Below, piece by piece: positions 1-8,212 of a stretch of 64,000 bases of DNA; the first letter of the stretch is position 1, and every line of letters starts with the position of its first letter. The notes under the pieces were generated by a model. It was not told where the DNA came from and ran no database searches. It saw only the letters and a program-made list of their open reading frames with translations. The translations under genes and the position numbers were made by a program. The stretch is from contig CAUQZM010000001.1 in NCBI GenBank assembly GCA_963522765.1, positions 18,329 to 82,328 on the forward strand, in the 5' to 3' direction. Source of the DNA: an uncultured Campylobacter sp. (GTDB lineage: Bacteria; Campylobacterota; Campylobacteria; Campylobacterales; Campylobacteraceae).

Positions 1-56
1 ATAATATCATATTTCTTCAAGTCCTCTTTCGAAATATATTCCGCTACAAATGCCAC
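1..56 (-). CDS. Partial CDS (5' end only, runs off the left edge); tandem paralog of the 58..504 small protein
   Basis: The reverse complement of 1..56 reads GTG GCA TTT GTA GCG GAA TAT ATT TCG AAA GAG GAC TTG AAG AAA TAT GAT ATT = (M)AFVAEYISKEDLKKYDI. This aligns with the N-terminus MAFENAIITKEDDEKYGL of the upstream ORF. The GTG lies 1 nt after that ORF's stop codon. Confidence 0.35.
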   Translation of the reverse strand, partial: MAFVAEYISKEDLKKYDI

Positions 57-57
57 T

Positions 58-504
58 TTATTTTTCCTTTCTCGTATCTATTAATGCTACACTAAAATCA
101 TACTTATCCTCCCAGCCTGGTCTAAATTTAAAATCAATCAAAATATCTCTCAATATTTTAATAACTTCATTATCTGGAATAATAGAATTTATAACATTTA
201 TCTCGATAATTTTCCACACCCTTTGAAATTTGCGTCCATCCACTTCTTGATCATATTCGTAGTCCAAAAGAATATCTAAATTATTTCCTTGAATATAAAG
301 CCTCCATAGCTTTTTGCTCCCATAACCATAATCATACCCTTCATTTGGTAGTCTTTCAATTAAAAGAAACCAAATATCTTTTTGTCTATCAACAACAAAA
401 TTTCTAGGTAGTTCTTCATGATACGGACTATATTGATAAAAAATTTTACTCAACCCGTACTTTTCATCATCCTCTTTAGTGATGATAGCATTTTCAAACG
501 CCAT
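58..504 (-). CDS. Hypothetical small cytoplasmic protein (148 aa), low-GC, family not recognised
   Basis: Single long ORF in an AT-rich segment. AAGGAG lies about 8 nt upstream of the ATG (revcomp of 505..520). No signal peptide or TM segment. A paralogous start follows immediately downstream. Confidence 0.6.
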   Translation of the reverse strand: MAFENAIITKEDDEKYGLSKIFYQYSPYHEELPRNFVVDRQKDIWFLLIERLPNEGYDYGYGSKKLWRLYIQGNNLDILLDYEYDQEVDGRKFQRVWKIIEINVINSIIPDNEVIKILRDILIDFKFRPGWEDKYDFSVALIDTRKEK

Positions 505-559
505 TTCCTACTCCTTAAAATTTAATTCTCGGATTATACCGCGATATGTTTATATCCGC

Positions 560-800
560 CTATGTGCTAATAAATATAGCGAGGAGTTAAATTTATAATT
601 GATTTTGCCTTGAACCGCGCGCAACGCTCTCAGAAAATTTTTAAAATTTCAAAGCGTAGTTTAAATTTACAGCCGCAGCTCGGCGCGTGCCAAAGTGCAA
701 GCCGCAGCGCGTTTAAATCCTGCCGCAAACCATGCAGTATTTCAAATTTAAACGCTACCCGGGCTCGGTAAATTTTACCGCGGCGCGATTAAATTTCGTC
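560..800. repeat. Intergenic array of AAATTT/RAATTY-cored short degenerate repeats with GC-rich spacers
   Basis: aaaattt, aaatttc, taaattta, caaattta, taaatttta and taaatttcg recur every 20-40 nt between gccgc/gcggc-rich spacers. No credible ORF. Confidence 0.45.
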
Positions 801-809
801 GCAGCGCGC

Positions 810-2018
810 CTAAGCTTCTATCGCGTATGGGATTTTATCTTTTGCGCCGGCGCCCGCAAAGCCTTTAAGCCGCAGTAGGCAGCTGTCGCAAAGCCCGCAC
901 GCAGCGTCCTCTCGCTCGTAGCAGCTCCACGTAAGCTCTAGCGGCACGCCGATTCTAAGCGCCAGCGAGACGATCTGCGCCTTGCTAAGGTGCACGAGCG
1001 GGGTTTTGATGCGCGGATGAAAGTCGCGGCTCGTGCCCAGATCGAGCGCTCGCTCAAACGCGCCGATGAAGCTCGCGCCGCAGTCGGGATAGCCGCTACT
1101 GTCCTCCTGCACCACGCCGATGAAAATCGCGTCGCAGCACTCCTTCTCGGCGAGCGCGGCGGCGATACTCAAAAACACGCCGTTGCGAAACGGCACGTAG
1201 GTGCTCGGCAGATCCGAAAACACGCTCTCGCCGCTTGGCGGTGAAATTTTATCGCTTCGGCTTGGCGGTGAAATTTGATTGTTTTGGCTTTGAGGTGAAA
1301 TTTCACCTCCTGCGTGCTTGGGTGGAATTTTATCGCCCCGCTGCGGCTCGGCTCCGCTTTGAGGTGAAATTTCGCTACCTTGCAGTGAAATTTTGTCGTC
1401 GCGGACTAAAATTTTACCGCTTTGAGCCGAAATTTTACTACCTTGCGATGAAATTTCACCGTCCCTGAGTGAAGCTTCGCCATCTTGGGTTAAAATTTCG
1501 TCTTTCTGCGCGCAGCCGCCGCTATTTCGCGCCAAATCTGCACTTAGCGGAGCGTCCGCGGGGCTCGTCGAGAAATTTGACGAAGTGAAATTTTGCCCGC
1601 CAATCTCGGCATTAAAAGAATTTACCGCAATAGAATTTTGCCCGTCTAGTTCGGCGACGGAATTTGTCTCGGTAAAATTTAACTCTCCAAGCTCGGCACT
1701 CTTGGAATTTGCCGCGCTGTCAATCTCGGCGCTAGCGGAATTTGCCGCGCCGCAAAGCTCCGCCGCGCCCTTTCTGATCGGCAATGTGCCGTCTGTAAGG
1801 GCGCTGCCGCCGATTTGCGCGATGAAGCGAGCGTCTAAAATCAGCCTCTTTGCGACCCCCAAATCGTCGCAAATTTTACCGAAGCATTCGCGCTCTTTGC
1901 CCATCGTGCGCTGATCGTAGTCAAAGTGCAGCGCCACGATCTCGTAACCTTCGCGCCTCGCGATGTATGCGCAGGTCGCGCTGTCCATGCCGCCGCTGAT
2001 CACGCATAAAGCTCTCAT
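810..2018 (-). CDS. queC: 7-cyano-7-deazaguanine synthase QueC carrying a large internal low-complexity insertion
   Basis: N-terminal PP-loop VISGGMDS. C-terminal TYVPFRNG and the zinc motif [10 protein letters not shown]. The ORF is 402 aa whereas QueC is normally about 220-230 aa. AGGA RBS before the ATG. Confidence 0.9.
   Translation of the reverse strand: MRALCVISGGMDSATCAYIARREGYEIVALHFDYDQRTMGKERECFGKICDDLGVAKRLILDARFIAQIGGSALTDGTLPIRKGAAELCGAANSASAEIDSAANSKSAELGELNFTETNSVAELDGQNSIAVNSFNAEIGGQNFTSSNFSTSPADAPLSADLARNSGGCAQKDEILTQDGEASLRDGEISSQGSKISAQSGKILVRDDKISLQGSEISPQSGAEPQRGDKIPPKHAGGEISPQSQNNQISPPSRSDKISPPSGESVFSDLPSTYVPFRNGVFLSIAAALAEKECCDAIFIGVVQEDSSGYPDCGASFIGAFERALDLGTSRDFHPRIKTPLVHLSKAQIVSLALRIGVPLELTWSCYEREDAACGLCDSCLLRLKGFAGAGAKDKIPYAIEA
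1215..1766. repeat. In-frame RAATTY-cored repeat array inside queC (about 180 codons)
   Basis: ggtgaaattt, gtgaaatttc, ggaatttg and agaattttgc units occur every 20-30 nt. Translated as GEISPQS, SKISAQS, DKISLQG, NSASAEI. Three antisense or off-frame ORFs (990..1244, 1235..1468, 1585..1914) stay open across it. Confidence 0.7.
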
Positions 2019-2072
2019 TTTCGTCCTTTTTTTGCTAAAATTATACGAAAATTTTATAAAAGAGGGGTAAAA

Positions 2073-2702
2073 ATGATACTTTGCGAACAGCCCTATCCCG
2101 AAATTTTGGACGCTATCACGGCAGAGCTGGGCGGCGGGAACATCGAGCTAATTTTCGTGCGCGGCGAGGAGATGCGGCAGCTAAATGCGCAAACGCGCGG
2201 CATCGACAAGGCGACCGACGTGCTGAGCTTCCCGCTCGATCCCGCGGCGTTTGCGGGCTTCGGCAAGGATTTGAGCGAGGAAAATTCCGCGCATGAAAAC
2301 AGCGGCGGCAAAAATCCATACACTACAAATTCTGCTAGTGAAAATTCAGACACCGCGAATTCTGCGAGCGAAAATTCTAATACCATAAATACCAAAAATT
2401 CCGAGAACGAAAATCCTAACGATGAAAATTTAAAGAGTGAGAATTTTGGCGGCGAGAATTTCGCCCCCGCACTGCTCGGCTCGGTCGTGATAAATTTAGA
2501 CCTCGTAGAGCTGAAAGCCGCGCAGCTGGGGCACGGCAGGGATGACGAGACGGCGCTGCTTTTTACGCATGGCTTGCTGCACGTGCTAGGTTACGATCAC
2601 GAGAGCGACGACGGGCAGATGCGCGCCAAGGAATGCGAGATCATCGAGAAATTTCGCCTTCCAAAAAGCCTGATCGTACGAACGGAGGAAAACGAGGAGT
2701 AG
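2073..2702 (+). CDS. ybeY: rRNA maturation endoribonuclease YbeY with an internal low-complexity insertion
   Basis: ATDVLSFPL and the zinc triad [11 protein letters not shown]. The ORF is 209 aa versus about 140-155 aa typical. RBS agagggg before the ATG. Divergent from queC. Confidence 0.88.
   Translation: MILCEQPYPEILDAITAELGGGNIELIFVRGEEMRQLNAQTRGIDKATDVLSFPLDPAAFAGFGKDLSEENSAHENSGGKNPYTTNSASENSDTANSASENSNTINTKNSENENPNDENLKSENFGGENFAPALLGSVVINLDLVELKAAQLGHGRDDETALLFTHGLLHVLGYDHESDDGQMRAKECEIIEKFRLPKSLIVRTEENEE
2244..2465. repeat. In-frame GAAAATTC-type repeat array inside ybeY (about 74 codons)
   Basis: gaaaattc[cta], gaaaatcc, gagaattt repeats are translated as ENSA, ENSD, ENSN, ENF. 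Several other frames stay open across it (2081..2296, 2093..2395, 2116..2319). Confidence 0.65.
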
Positions 2703-2823
2703 GCGCTGTATATCAAAAAAGGGCGAGCAAGGCATGTGCAGCGGCCTAAAATTCTAATCAAATTTTAAAAATACAGATTGGAAAGCAAAAACTGCAAGCC
2801 CAAAACCGCAGCGATAAAAGGAT

Positions 2824-2887
2824 TTTTAGGGTAAATCGCCATGATTTCCCAACCAAAACGTCGCATGCTCGAAATTATCAATCGCAA
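2824..2887 (-). pseudogene. Orphan 3'-terminal remnant of a paralog of the 4716..5297 gene
   Basis: About 64 nt are near-identical to 4743..4807 (ttttagggtaaat[t]cgccatgat[t/c]tcccaaccaaaacgtcgcatgctcgaaatt[a/g]tcaatcgcaa), with a 1-nt deletion. This corresponds to the last ~20 codons (HATFWLGDHGEFTLKDP) of the intact gene. There is no upstream ORF body. Confidence 0.5.
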
Positions 2888-2913
2888 CTGAATGCATTTG
2901 TATGATTAACTAC

Positions 2914-3719
2914 TTAATGGTAAATTTTTGTATTTAAATACAAATTTCTACAAACGGGGGTCTGCGAAACTCCATCCCTAAATTTATTAATTTTAATAGA
3001 AATCGCTTTAATGCCGCCTACTAAATTTATGGAATCGATAAAAAGCAGATAGTCTTCATCTTTATATTTTATCGGTCCGAAATAAATCAGGGTGTCTCCT
3101 GTGATCTTGTTTCGATAATCCTCAAAATCTATCCTGCTATGATATGAATCGCTCGAGGGGTCTTTTATAATCTTACTGCACTCTTGCGGATCTAGAATAT
3201 ACATAAAATTTGCAAAAGACATCTCGTATTGCCGAAAATCTCTATACGTCATAATATACAAAAGCTTATTATCGAATTTATACAATGTAAATCCTCTCCC
3301 CGTAAAGCCGTCCCTAATCGTTTTATTCATATCCATATACCAGCAATCGCCCATATTTTTCTTTAAAATGGGGTTATTGTAATCCGTCGTATCAAAAACC
3401 AGAGGTTTGATATATTTATATTTTTCCACTCGAATAGATCGTCGTAAAAGTCATTGCAAAAGTCTCTTCCTTTTGATAAATGCTCTTCATACTCTTTTTT
3501 GAGCGTTGCATTTCTATCTATTTGCCAAAAGCTAACGGTTTTTCCGTTGAAAGTGGTTTCTCCTTCTACCATACCGGAAGGACTGCTTCTTACTACTTTC
3601 CTATCATTAGCTTTCCATAAAGCTATTTTTAAATCAAAAGGAATTTCCGTATCGCTCGCATCGTTTGCATTCGCAAATAGTACGAATGCGATCATTAAGA
3701 TGAAAATATGAACCCACAT
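2914..3719 (-). pseudogene. Frameshifted tandem paralog of the 3728..4528 secreted protein
   Basis: ORFs 3363..3719 (118 aa) and 2914..3429 (171 aa) align with the N- and C-halves of the 266-aa neighbour. The break follows FEWKNINI: the intact copy reads ggtttgattatattt (4208..4220) and this copy reads ggtttgatatattt (3405..3417), a 1-nt deletion. Confidence 0.75.
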
Positions 3720-3727
3720 AACCGCCC

Positions 3728-4528
3728 CTATCGATAAAGCTTCATGTTTAAGTATGAATTGCTACAAACAGGCATTTGTAAAATACCGTCTTTAAATTTC
3801 CTGATTGCGACGTTTAGTAATTGACCGCTGTGCGTATTGTCGAAATCTATGAAAAGTAGATAGTCTATATCTTTATAACGTATCGGTTCGGCATAAAACA
3901 GACGCGGTTTATATATGATATTGCCCGGAATTTCTAAATTTTCTCTGCTACGAGGATCTTTTATGATTTTACTACACTCTTTGGGATCTAAAATGTAAGC
4001 AAGATTTGCGAAATCATCCGTCTGATATATATAAGGAGTGGTTTTATAAATCATAATATACAAAAGCTTATTATCAAATTTATACAATGTAAATCCGCGC
4101 CCGCTAAAGCCGTCTTTAATCGTTTTATTCATATCCATATACCAACAATCGCCCATATTTTTCTTTAAAACTGGGTTATTGTAATCCGTCGTATCAAAAA
4201 CCAGAGGTTTGATTATATTTATATTTTTCCATTCGAACAGATCATCGTAAAAGTCGTTGCAGAAGTCTCTTTCTTTTGATAAATGCTCTTCATACTCTTT
4301 TTTGAGCGTTGCATTATCTTCTATCGTAAAAAAATAAAAACTCTTGCCGTTAAAGGTAGTTGCACCCCGGATCATAGGTTCGTGAAGAGCTTTTCTTACA
4401 ACTTTTTTATCTTGAATTTTCCATAAAATAGGTTCCAGTTGCCATGGCATCAATGGATGCTTTATATCATCCGCTTTTGCGAACGATACGGCAAACAATA
4501 TCGCTAAAATAAAAGCACGAACTTGCAT
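3728..4528 (-). CDS. Hypothetical secreted protein (266 aa), family not recognised
   Basis: N-terminal signal-peptide-like MQVRAFILAILFAVSFAKADD. AAGGAG RBS (revcomp of 4531..4540). Low GC. A tandem paralog lies downstream. Confidence 0.7.
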   Translation of the reverse strand: MQVRAFILAILFAVSFAKADDIKHPLMPWQLEPILWKIQDKKVVRKALHEPMIRGATTFNGKSFYFFTIEDNATLKKEYEEHLSKERDFCNDFYDDLFEWKNINIIKPLVFDTTDYNNPVLKKNMGDCWYMDMNKTIKDGFSGRGFTLYKFDNKLLYIMIYKTTPYIYQTDDFANLAYILDPKECSKIIKDPRSRENLEIPGNIIYKPRLFYAEPIRYKDIDYLLFIDFDNTHSGQLLNVAIRKFKDGILQMPVCSNSYLNMKLYR

Positions 4529-4715
4529 CCCTCACTCCTTAAAATGAGCTTTTGAAGCCTTAAAAGCGTTTTTCATTACTAACGTTATACGCTTATACAA
4601 CATAATTACTTAATCTAAAGTATAAAATACATTATCATATCCGCACAAATATGAATTTATGCATATACCGCCGATCTATACGGCAGGCTTTCAGTGTTTC
4701 AATTACCGATCACTT

Positions 4716-5297
4716 TTATTCACATTCATGAATATATGGATCTTTTAGGGTAAATTCGCCATGATCTCCCAACCAAAACGTCGCATGCTCGAAATTGTCA
4801 ATCGCAAATGTCGCATGGTGCTCGCTATACACCCTGCGCGATCTGCATTTTTTGCCTTTGTAATCATAGCGATCTGATAGCTTTTTATAAAACTCAATGC
4901 TTTCGTTATCAAAGTCGTAGCCCAGCGCGATATCTTGATTTCGCCCGTCGTAAAAATGAATATAGTCGAAATCTAAGTTATAATAAACCTTGCAATGACC
5001 ATTTTCGCCGTTTATTATAGTATCACTGCAATATTTTTCTAGCTTTGATTTCTCTTTTTCAAACTCATGTCGTAGTTCAATATGCTCAGACGGGTCTAAA
5101 TTTTGTGTTTTCTCAGTAAAAAATTCCTCTTCATAACGAAGCGCTTTTTGCAATAAAATAGTCGCGTACTCAGCTCTTTTAGAATAAAAATATAGAAAAT
5201 AAGAAGTGTATAGTATAAAGATAAAACCTGCAAAAATCATAAAATTTCTAAGTAGTTTTTTCAAATCGTCGCCTTTTTTGATTATACAAGGTAGCAA
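4716..5297 (-). CDS. Hypothetical membrane-anchored protein (193 aa from a TTG start; start uncertain)
   Basis: One N-terminal hydrophobic helix FMIFAGFIFILYTSYFLYFY. Low GC. The first codon of the tracked ORF is TTG, and the next in-frame ATG is codon 20. Confidence 0.6.
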   Translation of the reverse strand: MLPCIIKKGDDLKKLLRNFMIFAGFIFILYTSYFLYFYSKRAEYATILLQKALRYEEEFFTEKTQNLDPSEHIELRHEFEKEKSKLEKYCSDTIINGENGHCKVYYNLDFDYIHFYDGRNQDIALGYDFDNESIEFYKKLSDRYDYKGKKCRSRRVYSEHHATFAIDNFEHATFWLGDHGEFTLKDPYIHECE

Positions 5298-5400
5298 GGC
5301 CTACCGCCGCCAAAATCTATTTTTCTCGCATCAATTCATCGCCCCGTTGCGTAAAATTTTGCGGGTGAAGCTTATGCCGGTAAAATTTTACAAATCGCGC

Positions 5401-8208
5401 TTAGCCGAAGTTTACGGGATCCATATCGATTTCGACCGGCAGATGCTCAAGCGCGCGCGCAGCACTAATCAGCGGCACGTGCGAGCTAGCGCGCAGCAGA
5501 ATTTCAAAGCGAAATTTCGACGCGATATAGGCGATACCGGCCTTACCGTAGCCGATGATCTCGAAGCTCTCGCTCGCCTTCTCTTTCAAACACTGCGCGG
5601 AATTTTCGGCAGGGTTTTCGGTTTCTAAATTTATAAAATTTTGCGCAGCGCCGTTTCTTTCAGGCTTTAAATTTACGCTACCCGCATCCCTGTCGCAAGC
5701 TGAAATTTGCGCGGTGTTTTTTAAATTTGAAGCGTTTTTTTGGGAGTCTAAATTTACATCACCCGCGCGCAAATCCGGGCTTTGAAATTTAAAATTTGAT
5801 ATTTGTTTGCCGCCCTGCTGCACAGAATTTTGTAAATTCAAAGCGCTTAAATTTGCTCTCTTCGCGTCTAGCCCGTCACGCGGTGCAAACGCGCTACTTT
5901 CCGCCTGTTTGTGGCGCAAAAGCTCAAGCGCGGCGTTCATTATTTCGCCCGCCGCCTTTTCGTTTTTATGCGAGATCAGCACGCGCAAAAGCCGCATATA
6001 CGGCGGATAGAGCCCCTCGCGAAACTCTGCCTCGTCGCGCAAAAAATCGTCGTAGTTTTCGATATAATCCCTAAAAAAGCCGCTCTGGCGCGTCTGTATG
6101 ACGACCCTGCCCTGCCCCGAGCGACCTGCGCGGCCAGCCACCTGCATCGCAAGCGCCAGCGTCTTCTCGCGCGCCCTAAAATCGGGATAGCTCAGATGCT
6201 CGTCGATCCCCATTATCACCGCAAGATCAACGCCATGGTAATCGTGCCCCTTACTAAGCATCTGCGTGCCTACCAGAATGTCGATTTTATGGGCGTTGAA
6301 GTTATTTAGCAGTGCCTCGAGCTTGCGCTGCGTGGTGATCTCATCGCGATCAAATTTTGCGATGCGGGCGCTTGGGAAACGCGCCGCAAGCTGTGCCGCA
6401 AGCTCGCCGGTGCCGATCTTGCGCGCCTGCATCACCTCGCCGCCGCAGTTTTCGCAAGACGCCTTGTAAAACGTACTAAAGCCGCAGTAATGGCACTTTA
6501 GCGCCGCAGCGTCCGCGTGATAACTCATCCCGACGGCGCAAAACGGGCAGCGCACGATCTGCCCGCAGTTTTCGCAAACCATATATTTATAATTCGCGCG
6601 CGTCGGCAAAAACACGACCGCCTGCTTGTCCGCTTCGAGGCTGCGCCCGATCTCGGTTAAAATTTTAGGGCTCAGCCCCGTCTCGCTCTCGTCGAAAATG
6701 AAGCGTTTGGCGCTGCTAAAATAGGTGCCGCGCAGGCGGAAGTGCGGCTGCTTCGCGTAGGTGCTAAGTGCAGGCGTCGCAGAGCCCAAAACCACGCGAA
6801 TGCCGAGCTTTTTGCCGACGAAAATCGCGGCATCGCGGGCATTTAGACGCGGTGCGGCGGCCGATTTATAGCTGTCGTCGTGCTCCTCGTCCACGACGAT
6901 GAGGCCCAGATCGCTAAAGGGCAAAAACAGCGCCGAGCGGGCGCCCGCGATGAGCCTGATCTCGCCTGCATTAAATTTTTCTAAAATTTCGCGCTTTTTC
7001 TTAGGCGAAATTTTGGAGTGCCAGACGCCGAGCCGCTCGCCGAAATAGCTCTGTAGCCGCTTCGTCATCTGCGGCGTTAGCGAAATCTCGGGCATCAAAA
7101 ACAGCGCCTGCTTGCCCGCAGCGAGCGTCTGCGCAATCAACGCGATATAAATTTCGCTCTTACCGCTGCCCGTATCGCCGAAGATCAGCGACGTCTCATT
7201 AGCTTCGGTAAATTTACGCGCTTGCTCCTGCGCGGGGGTTAGGTTTGGAATTTTGTCGATCTGAAGCGGAGATAGCGGCTGCGAAATGGGGCTTTGCGCG
7301 GTAGCGTCTAAATTTTGAATTGAGATGGAATTTTGCGCTGAAGTAGGATTTTGAATCGAAATGGAATTCTCTCCCTCAGTAAAATCCCGCTCTTGGGTCG
7401 AATTTTGCGCGATAGTGAAATTTTGTTTGTGTGCAGGATCGGGAACGGCAACAAAATTTATGGCGGTCTTCATGGCGACAGAATTTTGAATCAATGCGAA
7501 ATTTTGAATTGAGGCGGAATTTTGCTCATCGACAAAGTCCCTCTCTTGGATAGAATTCTGCGCGGCGGTAGAATTTAATGCCGAATTTTGAAAGATAAGA
7601 TTTTGCGCCTGCTTTAAATCTTGCTTTTGCGTGGAATTCGACGCGATGACGGAATTCATGACGGTAACAGAATTTTTTGAGATAGTAGAATTTCTCGTCA
7701 ATGCAAAATTCTGGATTGAGGCGGGATTTTGTATGGCACTAAAGTCATCGTCGAGCGCAGAATTTTGTGCGGTGATGGAATCCTGCTCGGAAATAAAATT
7801 TTGTTCGAAGGTAGAAGTTTGCTTGCAAGCGGAGGTTGGCTTACTAACGGGAATTTGCTCGCAAACACAATTCCGCTCGGTCGTAGGATGCTCCTGCAAA
7901 TTCCGCAAATCCTGCGCCGTCTCGCTCGCAGGCTCGAAAATCCCAAATGCAACGCCCTTTTCGCAAACATAGTAATGCGCGATAAAATTTGCAAGCGTAC
8001 TTTGAAACAAGCTAAATTTAAGCTGCGAAATTTCAGAAATTTCCTTGGTTTTGAAGCTCGGCTTTGAAACCTCACGCAGGATCACGGTGGATTTGACGCT
8101 CGATTTTACGGGAACGGATACGATTTGATAAGCTGGGATTTTAAAATTTGAACTATAAGTAAGCGGCTTTAGGCTGGCGCCCAAAACCGCAACTTCATAA
8201 TAGAGCAT
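5401..8208 (-). CDS. priA: Primosomal protein N' / replication restart helicase PriA with two low-complexity insertions
   Basis: Walker A GDTGSGKSE, VVDEEHD, and a Cys-rich zinc region CENCGQIVRCPFC...CHYCGF...CENCGG. The ORF is 935 aa, well above usual PriA lengths (E. coli 732 aa). Confidence 0.9.
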   Translation of the reverse strand: MLYYEVAVLGASLKPLTYSSNFKIPAYQIVSVPVKSSVKSTVILREVSKPSFKTKEISEISQLKFSLFQSTLANFIAHYYVCEKGVAFGIFEPASETAQDLRNLQEHPTTERNCVCEQIPVSKPTSACKQTSTFEQNFISEQDSITAQNSALDDDFSAIQNPASIQNFALTRNSTISKNSVTVMNSVIASNSTQKQDLKQAQNLIFQNSALNSTAAQNSIQERDFVDEQNSASIQNFALIQNSVAMKTAINFVAVPDPAHKQNFTIAQNSTQERDFTEGENSISIQNPTSAQNSISIQNLDATAQSPISQPLSPLQIDKIPNLTPAQEQARKFTEANETSLIFGDTGSGKSEIYIALIAQTLAAGKQALFLMPEISLTPQMTKRLQSYFGERLGVWHSKISPKKKREILEKFNAGEIRLIAGARSALFLPFSDLGLIVVDEEHDDSYKSAAAPRLNARDAAIFVGKKLGIRVVLGSATPALSTYAKQPHFRLRGTYFSSAKRFIFDESETGLSPKILTEIGRSLEADKQAVVFLPTRANYKYMVCENCGQIVRCPFCAVGMSYHADAAALKCHYCGFSTFYKASCENCGGEVMQARKIGTGELAAQLAARFPSARIAKFDRDEITTQRKLEALLNNFNAHKIDILVGTQMLSKGHDYHGVDLAVIMGIDEHLSYPDFRAREKTLALAMQVAGRAGRSGQGRVVIQTRQSGFFRDYIENYDDFLRDEAEFREGLYPPYMRLLRVLISHKNEKAAGEIMNAALELLRHKQAESSAFAPRDGLDAKRANLSALNLQNSVQQGGKQISNFKFQSPDLRAGDVNLDSQKNASNLKNTAQISACDRDAGSVNLKPERNGAAQNFINLETENPAENSAQCLKEKASESFEIIGYGKAGIAYIASKFRFEILLRASSHVPLISAARALEHLPVEIDMDPVNFG
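5566..5905. repeat. In-frame repeat array 2 inside priA (C-terminal region, about 113 codons)
   Basis: aaattta, gaaattt, aaatttg, agaatttt cores. Translated as NLQNS, ISNFKFQS, VNLDSQKNASNLKN, AQNFINLETENPAENS. Antisense ORFs 5555..5785 and 5796..6074 are open. Confidence 0.6.
7261..7932. repeat. In-frame repeat array 1 inside priA (between the N-terminal domain and the helicase core, about 224 codons)
   Basis: About 20 units of [ag]gaatt[tc]tg[ca] occur every 21-27 nt by eye. Translated as QNS/QNF/QNL-rich peptide. Frames 7631..7972(+), 7729..8067(+) and 7698..8075(-) are all open. Confidence 0.75.
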
Positions 8209-8212
8209 TTAG

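Noticed and set aside
990-1914. ORFs 990..1244(+), 1235..1468(+) and 1585..1914(+), antisense to queC. Analogous ORFs lie inside ybeY (2081..2395), priA (5555..6074, 7631..8075), the 654-aa ORF (25098..25493) and folC (57063..57335).
   Set aside because: They lie entirely within well-supported genes and coincide with the stop-poor repeat arrays. Their translations are repetitive (for example [12 protein letters not shown]). They lack ribosome-binding sites. They are taken as a by-product of the repeat composition, not as genes.
2019-2072. Divergent promoter pair in the 54-nt queC-ybeY spacer (for example ttataaaa or tatacg as -10 elements)
   Set aside because: The region is AT-rich and several hexamers loosely resemble TATAAT. 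I cannot assign a specific -10 or TSS with any confidence from the sequence alone.
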